Source: Candidatus Heimdallarchaeota archaeon (GTDB taxonomy: Archaea; Asgardarchaeota; Heimdallarchaeia; Heimdallarchaeales; Heimdallarchaeaceae). Taken from it: a stretch of DNA of 64,000 bases. The notes under the pieces were generated by a model. It was not told where the DNA came from, did no database searches, and saw only the letters and a list, made by a program, of their open reading frames with translations. The position numbers and the translations under genes were made by a program. The stretch is taken from positions 96,001 through 160,000 of the forward strand of contig JAUVXV010000002.1 of the NCBI GenBank assembly GCA_030603365.1. The letters run 5' to 3'. Positions 49,320 to 59,381 of this stretch are shown here, piece after piece; position 1 is the stretch's first letter, and each line of letters starts with the position of its first letter.

Positions 49320-50477
49320 TTACTCCTCATAATAGCCGTATAACTTAGCTATTTCATATGTTTCTTCTTTAATTGTAGCCAGTTCTTCATCACTAAAAGA
49401 GGGTTTGTAGTATGTTGGTTGATGAAGTTTCTGAATATATTTTTCTCTTAGCTCTGCAGATTTTTCCTTATCTAGCTCGAGATGTTCAATTATTTTATCT
49501 ATGGTTTCTTCTGAGTTATCAGTGAGATCTTCAAACCTTATTACTAATGTTTGTTTTGCCAATTCCTTGTTCTTGCTCAGCAAATCTGTTGTATACTCAT
49601 AAACTAATTTCCAATAGAATGCATAAGCTCTAACAAACGTTTCCTCTTTTTCAAGAAGCGCCCTAATTTTATCAATATTTTCCTTTGAATTTAGATTTAT
49701 GAAAACTTTTTCACTTCCAAATTCGATATGTCCCACCTTTGTGATCCAGTCTCTTATCTTATCATTTTCTTTTTCTAAATCCAAGAAGATTCTTTCTTGT
49801 TTAATGTAAGATGCAATATGATTTATTGGATGACGTATAACTAAAACAAATTTTACATCAGGGAATAATTTGTGTAGATACTCCATTCTAGTAATGTTGT
49901 AATTATTTTTTGTTACATATCGAGTTGATTTTTTACTAATCATCAGTTTCCTAATGCTTTCAGTGTAGAATTTCTCAAATTTAGGGTTAGATGTATTGCT
50001 ATCTTTTATATTTGATAATTGTTCATTATGCAATTCGTCAAAGAATCTCATCCATAACATTTCTTCAACTGCTTCTGGACTATTTCTATTAATCGCTAAT
50101 CCATCCTTATGAACTCGTTCTACTTTTTTTCTAAAAATAAAAGGAAGAAGTTTTGCTATATAATGCAGTATTTGTGGAATAAACGGGTCGATCAAGTGCA
50201 TATGCATATGAAAGGCTACATCTGGATGTTCCCCTATCATTTCTACTGTGATTGTGGTTCCAGCTCTTGCTAACCCTATAACATAGATTGGTTTTTCAAT
50301 ATTGATTTTACGTAATTTTCTCTTCATACATTTTGTTTCAAAATTACCTAGTTTTATTGTTGTTAAACGACTTTTTGTCAGCAGTTTCATTAAGTAGTAC
50401 ATAGGAACAGGAAAAGTAAATTCAGGTAGTTTATTCTTGTCTTTCTTTTGCTTTACCATAAAACCAATCAAAACCAA
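49320..50477 (-). CDS. PAPS-dependent sulfotransferase
   Basis: IGLARAGTT (5'-PSB), IRHP..HIAS (3'-PB), RFEDL. Confidence 0.88.
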   Translation of the reverse strand: MVLIGFMVKQKKDKNKLPEFTFPVPMYYLMKLLTKSRLTTIKLGNFETKCMKRKLRKINIEKPIYVIGLARAGTTITVEMIGEHPDVAFHMHMHLIDPFIPQILHYIAKLLPFIFRKKVERVHKDGLAINRNSPEAVEEMLWMRFFDELHNEQLSNIKDSNTSNPKFEKFYTESIRKLMISKKSTRYVTKNNYNITRMEYLHKLFPDVKFVLVIRHPINHIASYIKQERIFLDLEKENDKIRDWITKVGHIEFGSEKVFINLNSKENIDKIRALLEKEETFVRAYAFYWKLVYEYTTDLLSKNKELAKQTLVIRFEDLTDNSEETIDKIIEHLELDKEKSAELREKYIQKLHQPTYYKPSFSDEELATIKEETYEIAKLYGYYEE

Positions 50478-50591
50478 CTAATTGTATGAATAAAAAAAAC
50501 TTACTGTATCGCTTCTCATTTTTTTCTGATTTTCTAGAATTATTTAAACCAAAAAATTGAAAAGTCTAGTAAAGAGAATTGATATGACACC

Positions 50592-52709
50592 ATGAAAAAG
50601 AAAACTAAACGGATACTCACATCCATTGGAATAATACTTCTAGTATTACTTGCAGGGGGAGGCAGTGTTATGCTTTATTTACAATTTAGATATGTAGCTC
50701 GACCATATGACCTTTCTAATGCACCCCAATATATTCTTGACATTAAAGAAGATCTTAGTGGGAAATTAACTAATGACACTTTTACTTGGGATGATATGTC
50801 AGATTTCGTAATTTTCGCACAGTATGTTGCTGATAATAATCCAGATGTTTTTAATGAAATTGAAGGTTGGGAACAAGGAACGTGGTTCAATATTACTGAT
50901 GCGGGTCATTTGTGGCTTTTAGTAGGTAATGACACACTTATTTTTGAAATAGTACCTATCCCCCCACCTAATTTTGGAATCTATCTAGAGTTAAATTTCG
51001 ATACAGTACAAGATATACTTAGAGAGGAGATTACTACTCAACAGGCTTTCCAAACTGGGAGACTGAAGTTTGATGGTAATCTTGATGAGGTATTAAAGGT
51101 CAGTTGGCTTGTAGAGACAGCTGCTGCAACTATAATGGGAACATATACTTCACCATATGAGGTTTTAGATAATTTCCACATTAGAGTAGATAATAGTGAT
51201 TTATACAATAGATTAGGTTTAACAGTATTACCTTATGTTACGATTAAACTCGATCCTACTAGAATAGGGGAAGTACATGGTGGATCACCTGAAACAAGCG
51301 ATGTTATTATTGTTAATAGCAGAGGTGAGATAGTTTATCGTCTAGATGCTAACACCCTAAATACAGTACAAAAATTCGTCAATTCTACAACAATTATCAG
51401 TGGAGGTAAAAATTATGGTCCAATGGAATTATGGAACTATCAGACTGGTGAGAGAGTTATATTAACAATGCCGTCTGGGCATCATTGTTTAGATTATAAT
51501 CCTTTTACTGAAACTGTTATGGTCTTAGAACATGACAAAACAAATTTAACGGAAACTTGGGATGGCAATGTCATTCTTTACGATAGCCTAAGAGAATATG
51601 CTTTGAATGGTACTTTAATTTGGGAATGGGATGGAAGAGTTCATTATCCGTTTAATTCTACAAGACACACCGAATTTGGTCTCAATTTAACCTTTGCCGG
51701 TGGAGCAGATTGGATGCATGCAAACTCCTTTGTTTGGGATAAGCAAGATGAAGCTATTTATCTTAATATGAGAAATCTTGACACCATAATAAAAATCGAT
51801 TACGATTCAAAAGCTATCCTTTGGGAAGTAGGAAGAGACTCTAATTTCACGTTTTATAATAAGAATGATGAGATTGTAGATGCAATTATGCACGCACCTC
51901 ATGGATTGGAGAAGATTGGTGAAAATAGGTTCATAATTTTCGACAATGATCTTTACAATACAAGCAATCCTCTAACAATGAATTTGGAGGGATCTCTAGG
52001 ATATTCAAGAATGCTTGAATTTGAGATTGATGAAGTCAATGAAACCATGAAAGAAATTTGGTCATGGGTTCCATCCAACCAGAGTTATTATTTGCCAGAA
52101 TCAGGAGGAGACACCAATAGATTGCCTGATGGGAACACTATAGCTGTTTTCGGAAATAAAGCTGAAGTACTTAATCTTCGTGATCCTATTTACCTTACAG
52201 AAGTAACACCAGATGGAGAAATTGCTTGGGAATTGATGATAGACGGTGATAATAACACCTATTTCTGGATACAGAATTTTGAAAGATTTTATGAAAAACC
52301 AGTTATCAACATTCAAGAGAGTTTTCTTGATATTCCAAATGGAATATTGAATCTAAACCTAACTACATGGGACTGTTACAAGAAGGATTACAACACTCAA
52401 GGGACAGTGAAGATAATAGCTGATGGAGAAGTCATTTATGAGGACGATTTTATTTTCGAAGCTTACTTCAAATCCAATTTTCTAAATATTTCTTTAACTA
52501 ATGTTCCTTCAAATGTTAAACTTCTTGAAATTATTGTAGAAAATCAAGATGGTATCAAAGGCATTGAGATACTCTTTGACAAAAGTCTTCCAATCGGTAC
52601 AATACTTGTAAGCACTCTTGTTCCAATAGGTACTGTGGGAATATTGGTTGGAGCATATTTCATTCTAAAAAAGAAAAATAAACTCCCAGGATTTTTAAAA
52701 AGAGAGTAA
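50592..52709 (+). CDS. Arylsulfate sulfotransferase (ASST) beta-propeller with N-terminal SCP2-like domain and TM helices at both ends
   Basis: HHCLD, DWMHANS, MRN, HAPH, FDN, RLPDGNT; SCP2-like AFQTGRLKFDGNL. Confidence 0.8.
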   Translation: MKKKTKRILTSIGIILLVLLAGGGSVMLYLQFRYVARPYDLSNAPQYILDIKEDLSGKLTNDTFTWDDMSDFVIFAQYVADNNPDVFNEIEGWEQGTWFNITDAGHLWLLVGNDTLIFEIVPIPPPNFGIYLELNFDTVQDILREEITTQQAFQTGRLKFDGNLDEVLKVSWLVETAAATIMGTYTSPYEVLDNFHIRVDNSDLYNRLGLTVLPYVTIKLDPTRIGEVHGGSPETSDVIIVNSRGEIVYRLDANTLNTVQKFVNSTTIISGGKNYGPMELWNYQTGERVILTMPSGHHCLDYNPFTETVMVLEHDKTNLTETWDGNVILYDSLREYALNGTLIWEWDGRVHYPFNSTRHTEFGLNLTFAGGADWMHANSFVWDKQDEAIYLNMRNLDTIIKIDYDSKAILWEVGRDSNFTFYNKNDEIVDAIMHAPHGLEKIGENRFIIFDNDLYNTSNPLTMNLEGSLGYSRMLEFEIDEVNETMKEIWSWVPSNQSYYLPESGGDTNRLPDGNTIAVFGNKAEVLNLRDPIYLTEVTPDGEIAWELMIDGDNNTYFWIQNFERFYEKPVINIQESFLDIPNGILNLNLTTWDCYKKDYNTQGTVKIIADGEVIYEDDFIFEAYFKSNFLNISLTNVPSNVKLLEIIVENQDGIKGIEILFDKSLPIGTILVSTLVPIGTVGILVGAYFILKKKNKLPGFLKRE

Positions 52710-52774
52710 AATCTCTTTAGTTTTTTTCCTTTAATTAGGAAAGATTTTTTATTGTTTATAATATAAAGTACAAC

Positions 52775-53644
52775 ATGATGTTTAGAAAAAAACCAATTAT
52801 CTTTGTGCTTATTTTGGTTTCTATGATAAGCTTTCCTTCATTTATTCATTCAAATGTAAATAACTTCTCCCCTTACCAGATCTCAATTCCTCCAAGTGAT
52901 GCTTATGCTGATGAGATAGTGGAAGGAGTATCATACATCTATCTTTTTGGTGAAAATGCTTTAGGTGCACCAGATGGAGAGTATGCACAACTTCTCTTAG
53001 AATACACAAATGGAATTCTCACCCTAGATATGGGTAGATATGAAAAAATTTTGAATGGTACTGGAGATGATTTCACAGTCCATTGTCTATCTGGAGGATA
53101 CATAGTCAAGGCAGGGAATGATGTAAAACAGCCTTTAACCACTTTGGGTGAAGGAGAAAATACAACCAGTTTTGATTTAGCAGATGGAGGTTTAGTAGAA
53201 GCTAGATATGTTCAAGTTCAATACTTAAATGGTACTGTTGTTTACTTAGATGCTATTGAAGCTTTAAATGGTGAGATTCCCCTTCCCGAGGCTATGATCC
53301 CTGATATTACTCCTGTAGATGATTTTTGGGTTTGGGAAAATAGTTCAAAAGTCGAATTTACTTGGGAAATAAGTGAATATCATCCTTGGAATTATACAAT
53401 AATAGTTAACGATATCATTTATGAACAAGGTGAATGGTTAGAAACTAATATTGATTTCAGTTACGATATTGATGGTCCAGAAGTTTTACAAATCATGCTT
53501 GAGGCTAATGACTATTATGGTTATTCTGCTGGAGATACTGTTACTGTAGAGATTAGAGAGATAGACAAAGCATCTTCATTATCAGTAATCTTAAGCCTAC
53601 TATCATTATTCGGGGTTGTATATATCTTAAAGAAAAACAAGTAA
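52775..53644 (+). CDS. Secreted surface protein with C-terminal TM anchor
   Basis: Signal peptide, ALGAPDG beta-sandwich-like domain, Ig-like segment, TM followed by KKNK. Confidence 0.7.
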   Translation: MMFRKKPIIFVLILVSMISFPSFIHSNVNNFSPYQISIPPSDAYADEIVEGVSYIYLFGENALGAPDGEYAQLLLEYTNGILTLDMGRYEKILNGTGDDFTVHCLSGGYIVKAGNDVKQPLTTLGEGENTTSFDLADGGLVEARYVQVQYLNGTVVYLDAIEALNGEIPLPEAMIPDITPVDDFWVWENSSKVEFTWEISEYHPWNYTIIVNDIIYEQGEWLETNIDFSYDIDGPEVLQIMLEANDYYGYSAGDTVTVEIREIDKASSLSVILSLLSLFGVVYILKKNK

Positions 53645-53681
53645 AAGCGAATAAATAAGAATTGTCTCTCTTTTACTTCCT

Positions 53682-53843
53682 TTATTTTTCATCAGCTGAT
53701 TCAGCTTCATCTGAAATTAGTTTATTAAGTAAAAACACTATAAATTCTTCAACTGAATTATAATTGTCATCTAGTTCTACTTTTTCTGTTAATTCAGCAT
53801 AAAGCTCTTCTGGGATTTCTATTTCTTTGGTTTCTTTATTCAT
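53682..53843 (-). CDS. Small CopG/ribbon-helix-helix-like protein (53 aa), not in the ORF track
   Basis: MNKETKEIEIPEELYAELTEKVELDDNYNSVEEFIVFLLNKLISDEAESADEK shows the I.IP.ELY..L......y.SV.EFI..LL pattern; 17 nt downstream of the sulfotransferase. Confidence 0.7.
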   Translation of the reverse strand: MNKETKEIEIPEELYAELTEKVELDDNYNSVEEFIVFLLNKLISDEAESADEK

Positions 53844-53860
53844 TTTTATCATCTGTGAAG

Positions 53861-54442
53861 TTACTTCTTCTTTGATCTCTGTCTGTAGAGCTTCTCATCT
53901 ATCACTTTGTTCATTTTATCTTTATTAAGTTCGTTTCCCAGAAATTCACAGATAGAATCAAGATGCTGTTCTGGATGCTTAACCATTTCATTATATGATA
54001 GGTATAAAACACTGAAATTTGATTGTAAACTAATCCATTCCTTGGTTTGTTTGACATGACTCTTATAGTATTCTAGCATCATTTTATCTTCTTTAGGATG
54101 AGTTTTTTGTCCTTTTTCCATTACAGTTTGTTTTTGAGATTTCAGAATCTCATCGAAATTCCTTTCCATGAAAATTATTTTGTATTCAAATTTGTCAGGC
54201 AAATGCTGAAGGAAAAAAGAAATTACTTTTACTGCTTTTTCCTCAGCTTCATCTAACCAACTAATATTTCCCTCTGGAAGTTTCTTTGCAGGTTCATACT
54301 CAAAATACCCTTTTGGATTGTTTTCATCTGGTTTTCTTGTTTTATCTTCAAGAATCTTAATCCCACCAGCTTTTAGCATATTCATCATCATAGCTGTCCC
54401 AGAACGAGGTAATCCAGATACTATTATTATCATCACATTCAC
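53861..54442 (-). CDS. Sulfotransferase-family protein
   Basis: VSGLPRSGT, NPKGYFE, FMER...SQ, LSYNEMV. Confidence 0.88.
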   Translation of the reverse strand: MNVMIIIVSGLPRSGTAMMMNMLKAGGIKILEDKTRKPDENNPKGYFEYEPAKKLPEGNISWLDEAEEKAVKVISFFLQHLPDKFEYKIIFMERNFDEILKSQKQTVMEKGQKTHPKEDKMMLEYYKSHVKQTKEWISLQSNFSVLYLSYNEMVKHPEQHLDSICEFLGNELNKDKMNKVIDEKLYRQRSKKK

Positions 54443-54603
54443 TTCTTAAGTCATGAATTTCTATTAATCAAATTCAATTTACCAACCTATCATTTACTTT
54501 CAGCTCTATTAAACTTTTTTAGTTTAAAAGATACTCAGTAGTTAGATAATTTTTTCTTTTAATTCGCACAAAAACATTATTAAAGCTAGTCTATGCTTTT
54601 TTC

Positions 54604-55635
54604 TTGATGTATATTCTTCTAAGTGGAGCAAAGAAAAATGCAGGAGATTTTCTAATTTTCAATAGAGCTAAAGCTCTACTCGAAGAACATTTGGATGAAG
54701 AATTTACAACTTTCTTTAGATGGGAAGAATTGGATGATAAGTTAGATATAGTTAACGATTCTAAAGGTGTCATCATCTGCGGAGGACCTGGATATAATTA
54801 TAGGTTCTATCCAGCAATTTACCGATTAACAAACCCTCTTGAAAAACTTGAAGTTCCTGTCTATCCTATGGGTTTAGGGTATTCAGGTATTCCAATCAAC
54901 ACAGATGATTTTGTTTTTTCTGAACAATCTCTTGAAGCTATCAATCACATTCATTCACAAATAGAATATTCTAGTGTTAGAGATGTTCTAACTCAAAATC
55001 TCCTTAAGAGATTTAACATCAACAATGTAGTTCTTTCTGGATGTCCAGCATGGCATTCATTAGGAGATATTGATAAGGATTTTACACCACCTGAAGAGAT
55101 TAAAAAGATTGTATTTACTACCCCTGCAAAAATTAAATTCGCTTATCAAACATTCCGAATAATGTCTTTGATTAAACGTAAATTCCCAAAGGCAGAAGTT
55201 CTTTGCAGTTTCCATAGAGGAATTAAGAGAGATCAGTACACAAAAAGAAGGATGAGTTATACTTATCATGGTATAGCTGCTTATGCAAAAATGTTAGGTT
55301 TTAAGGTTCAAGATTTTTCGTATGATTCTGAAAGGATAGATATCTACAAAGAATTTGATCTTCATTTTGGTTATAGAGTCCACAGTCATATTTATTTTCT
55401 GAGCTTAAAAAAACCATCAATTCTACTTCATGAGGATGGAAGAGGAAAAGGGTTGTCACTAACGTTGAATAGTTCCTTAGATGTTTCAGCTTATGAATCA
55501 GGAGCAGTTAGAAAATTGAAGAAAAGCATTAATTCAGTCATTGAGAATGATTTTGAGGATTACTATTCAATGACAGATTTCATGAGAGAGACATATTATA
55601 AAACAATGGTTCCCTTCATAGAGAATCTTCGCTAA
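54604..55635 (+). CDS. Polysaccharide pyruvyltransferase
   Basis: NAGDFLI, GGPG, SVRD, GCPA, GYRVHSH. Confidence 0.85.
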   Translation: MMYILLSGAKKNAGDFLIFNRAKALLEEHLDEEFTTFFRWEELDDKLDIVNDSKGVIICGGPGYNYRFYPAIYRLTNPLEKLEVPVYPMGLGYSGIPINTDDFVFSEQSLEAINHIHSQIEYSSVRDVLTQNLLKRFNINNVVLSGCPAWHSLGDIDKDFTPPEEIKKIVFTTPAKIKFAYQTFRIMSLIKRKFPKAEVLCSFHRGIKRDQYTKRRMSYTYHGIAAYAKMLGFKVQDFSYDSERIDIYKEFDLHFGYRVHSHIYFLSLKKPSILLHEDGRGKGLSLTLNSSLDVSAYESGAVRKLKKSINSVIENDFEDYYSMTDFMRETYYKTMVPFIENLR

Positions 55636-55694
55636 TTTGTTTAGATAATTTTTTAAGCAACTTTTCTTCTTCAACATATTACTGGTGCAAAGAG

Positions 55695-57341
55695 ATGTCT
55701 TCTAAAACTGAACGTTCCCTATTAGATCAAGGAAAAAGTTCGAAGTTTCTATTTACATTTTTCATCTCTTTCGCAATTGCTAAAGCTTTTGGATTAGCTT
55801 TTACCAAAATCTTCACTAATGTTTTATCTCAACAAGAAATGGGTCAGTACTACGTTATTCTTTCAGCAACTTCTCTTATTATGAGTTTTGCAGCTCTTGG
55901 CATCCCCATGGCTCTGAGTCGATACGCTATTAGATATAAAACAAAGAACCAAATTCAAAACCTTAGAGATTTCATATTCAGTGGTTTCATCTGTTTTATT
56001 ATTGTAGAATTACTTATCATAATTGGATTTATAATTTACTATTTTGTTACCCAAGCACCACCACCATTTTTTGATTTAGGAAGCGAATCAATTGCTAAAA
56101 CTATGTGGGATACACATATTGGCCTACCCTATGGTTTTGTTTCAGTAAGCGACAATTATATTATCTTCCTATTTTTGGTTGCAGCTATTGTAGTTGCTCA
56201 ATTCTTTAGTACAATATGTTTTACAACTGCCTCTTCACTTCAAAATAGCAGGTATTATGCAATTATAGTAATTATGCGAGTATTGCTTCAAATTCCCTTC
56301 GGAATCTTATTTACAGTTTTTCTAGATTTTGGTGTCTTTGGACTAATTGCTGGGTTAGCAATTTCAGAGTTTTCTGTAGCCATGTATAGTGCTTATAGAA
56401 TAATCAAAGATATAGGTATCGGGAGATTTTCTATTTCTGAATTGAAAAAATTATTTGAATTTGGTCTACCTATTTACGCTTCTGGGATTTTGTGGTATTT
56501 CTTTGATTTGGCTATCTTAGTTTATATTAAAATGGTTGAAGGAAATGCTAGTGGTGATGTTACAATAAGCCTTTACAGATATGGAGCTTTAACTGTGGTT
56601 AATCTTGTATTATTAGCAGGGAATGTGTTTGGTTTAGTTTATAGACCTGTTATTTACAAATTCTTTGAGAATGATCAATTCAAAGACATGGAGATTTTTA
56701 CTGTTAGAATAATGAAATTATTTATGATATTATTCTTCCCTTTCATTTCATTACTTTTTGCTTTTTCACCATGGCTAATCCAGTTCTTTACAAATGCAGA
56801 ATACATCACGAGTATACCAATTATTCCCATTTTACTATTTGCCATACTCTTCCAGTATATCCAAATCATTACAACTTACGGTCATACTCTCTATATGAAA
56901 AATTACTGGAGTTTTATTGGAGGGGTTATTAGTTTTATATTGACATGTACTGTAGCATACTTTTTGATTCCAATTAATGGTTTATTGGGGATAGCTGTAG
57001 CTTATTTCACAAGAAGAGTAACTTACCTAATTATATTCCATTTTGTATCTCAACATTACTTCAAGATTAAGTTCAAGTGGTTACAAACGCTCTTAATTCT
57101 GTTCTATATGGGGGTTGCAGGAGGAATTGGAGCTGTACTCTACTTCTATGCCTTTCCGTTCATTGGATTGTGGAACTATACAGCCTCATTTACAATATCT
57201 GCAATTATATTTGCTCTACTTGTTCTAGTTTCAAAATTTATTACAAAGGGCGACGTAAAGTTTCTAACGGGGTTATTCAAGAGCTATATAGAAGGTATTA
57301 GGGGTACAAAACAAGATCTTATTCCTGAAGAAGCATCTTGA
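55695..57341 (+). CDS. Wzx-type oligosaccharide flippase
   Basis: FTNVLSQQEMG, LGIPMALSRY, FGLP, about 14 TMs. Confidence 0.85.
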   Translation: MSSKTERSLLDQGKSSKFLFTFFISFAIAKAFGLAFTKIFTNVLSQQEMGQYYVILSATSLIMSFAALGIPMALSRYAIRYKTKNQIQNLRDFIFSGFICFIIVELLIIIGFIIYYFVTQAPPPFFDLGSESIAKTMWDTHIGLPYGFVSVSDNYIIFLFLVAAIVVAQFFSTICFTTASSLQNSRYYAIIVIMRVLLQIPFGILFTVFLDFGVFGLIAGLAISEFSVAMYSAYRIIKDIGIGRFSISELKKLFEFGLPIYASGILWYFFDLAILVYIKMVEGNASGDVTISLYRYGALTVVNLVLLAGNVFGLVYRPVIYKFFENDQFKDMEIFTVRIMKLFMILFFPFISLLFAFSPWLIQFFTNAEYITSIPIIPILLFAILFQYIQIITTYGHTLYMKNYWSFIGGVISFILTCTVAYFLIPINGLLGIAVAYFTRRVTYLIIFHFVSQHYFKIKFKWLQTLLILFYMGVAGGIGAVLYFYAFPFIGLWNYTASFTISAIIFALLVLVSKFITKGDVKFLTGLFKSYIEGIRGTKQDLIPEEAS

Positions 57342-57343
57342 AA

Positions 57344-59275
57344 TTAGTCGCTTTCTTCCATGAAAACAACTAGTTTTCCATAGCTTTCTAAATCGTAGAG
57401 TTCATGATGAAATCTAGATAGGTTTAATTCTGATTCGAATTGTTCTTTGAAGATAACTTCAGCGAACTCTTGAGCTCTCAGTGGATCTAATGGAAACTGT
57501 TCCTTATCTATAATGCTACCATATTTTGGTACTAGATCAGTTGCAACACTATACTTCTCTTTACTTTGTTTAAACCAATCAAAGATTGCTAAAAAGACTT
57601 CATCATCAAGAGGATCTTGAGCAAAAATGAATAATTTACTAATCCTAATTTTTCTATCTTCATCTACCATATACTGTAGACTCTCATCATCTGCTTCAGT
57701 ATATTCAGGCGCGTTGATGATTTGTTCAACTCTTGCTTTCTCGTTTTCAGCTTTTTCTCTGAAATCCCAATCTTCAGGAGCGATATCTAAGGCTTTGTTA
57801 TATGCATCCAAAGCTTCCTCAAATTGAACTTGTTTAACAAGCAGTACTGCATAGTTCAACCATAAATCTGGATTTGTGTCTTCTACACTAAGAAGTTTAA
57901 TAATAATTGAAATTGCATCTTCATAAGTTTCCATTTTACTATACGCAGCAGCTAGTTTCAATCCAGTGGTTATATCTTCCTTGTTTATTTCCAGAGTTTG
58001 TTGATAGTACTCAATAGCCTTAGGATAATCTTGTTTTCTATGTAAATAGATATCTCCAAGTTTTGAGAGAGCATTTGTATTGTTTGGTTCAAATTCTAAG
58101 ATATTGTTAAATTGTTGAATTGCTTCATCCATTTTACCTATCTTTGCATAAAGTAAACCCAGATTGTAAATAGCAACAAGATTTTCTTGATCTCTACCAA
58201 CTACTGCAACGTAGAAGACTATAGTTTCTTCAATCATTTCGAATTTTTGAGCCATTGTACCAAAGAAGTTTAGAGACTCAGTCTTGGAAAATTCCACTTT
58301 ACCTTGTCTAAGAACTTCTGCTATCATAGTAATTAATTCCTGCAAGATTTTCTCTTCTTCTGATTCAAACTTATATTCCATGAATTTCTGCCAGTCCATT
58401 TCTTCCTCGATACCTATTTGTTCTACGAGGTGATCTTGTAGAAAATCCATTGATTCATTAAACATAGTTCTTGCATAAAATTGAATTTCTTCATCTTCAT
58501 CAGCCTCATTCTGAAGGCTTTCAACTAAAACCTTGAGATTTGTGAAGGAGGTTTGGATAGGGGATGTTGTGACATCATCTAACTCTATCTCTGCATCCTT
58601 ATCAGGTTCTGGAGGAACATCAACATCATCAGCTCCAGGAAGAGCACCTGTCTGTGGAACTGAAGCTGGAGTCTTACTTGCTGGTACAGGTATATTACTC
58701 GCATCTGATTCGATTAGTCTTGGTGAAATAGCTGGTACAGGAGGCTGTAAATCAGCAGGTTCTTCTCCAAATTCACTCTCATCAAACTGCTCGTCAGTTG
58801 TTGTTTGAAATGAAGCTAATTGAGGTATTGTTGGGGTTGGAGCTGGAGCAGGTATTCCTCCTTCTGAAGATATAGGAGTCTCTATTTTTTCAAATAATTC
58901 ATCAGAGAGCGGTTCAGCTACTTCCTCTTCAACTGCTTCTCTTTCTTCTGGTGTTAGAATGTCTTCTAATACAGTTTTAATTTTAATCAGTAATCTTTGA
59001 GCTTTTCTACTAACACCCACATGTTCAGAAACCGCAGAATCTTGTATAACTTTGAGAGCATCCTCAGATTGACCTGCTAAAAGAGCTAAAACATCCAAAC
59101 TGTTGAAACGTACCATATCATCCTCATCTTTTTGCACTAGTAATACTAAGATATCAAGGGCAAACATAGCAGCCAAATCATGCTTCTTCAAATCATGGAG
59201 AGCGTCTAGTCTGGTAATAACATGTTTAGATTTGAGATCCTTTAGAAATTTTTTCTGTTCAGATTTAGATATCAT
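57344..59275 (-). CDS. HEAT-repeat protein with acidic Pro-rich linker and TPR repeats
   Basis: N-terminal RLDAL...VRFNSL HEAT-like repeats; TPRs YNLGLLYAKIG...A, LGDIY...A..YY..LE, W.NYA...A...Y.KAL. Confidence 0.8.
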   Translation of the reverse strand: MISKSEQKKFLKDLKSKHVITRLDALHDLKKHDLAAMFALDILVLLVQKDEDDMVRFNSLDVLALLAGQSEDALKVIQDSAVSEHVGVSRKAQRLLIKIKTVLEDILTPEEREAVEEEVAEPLSDELFEKIETPISSEGGIPAPAPTPTIPQLASFQTTTDEQFDESEFGEEPADLQPPVPAISPRLIESDASNIPVPASKTPASVPQTGALPGADDVDVPPEPDKDAEIELDDVTTSPIQTSFTNLKVLVESLQNEADEDEEIQFYARTMFNESMDFLQDHLVEQIGIEEEMDWQKFMEYKFESEEEKILQELITMIAEVLRQGKVEFSKTESLNFFGTMAQKFEMIEETIVFYVAVVGRDQENLVAIYNLGLLYAKIGKMDEAIQQFNNILEFEPNNTNALSKLGDIYLHRKQDYPKAIEYYQQTLEINKEDITTGLKLAAAYSKMETYEDAISIIIKLLSVEDTNPDLWLNYAVLLVKQVQFEEALDAYNKALDIAPEDWDFREKAENEKARVEQIINAPEYTEADDESLQYMVDEDRKIRISKLFIFAQDPLDDEVFLAIFDWFKQSKEKYSVATDLVPKYGSIIDKEQFPLDPLRAQEFAEVIFKEQFESELNLSRFHHELYDLESYGKLVVFMEESD

Positions 59276-59381
59276 AATGCTTCATTGAGGATGTTTGATA
59301 ATAAATCATTGAGAAATAAGGTATTAAAATTTGTGATAGTAAAAATAGAAAAGGAAAAGAAGGTAAATGGAAAAGAAAAAA

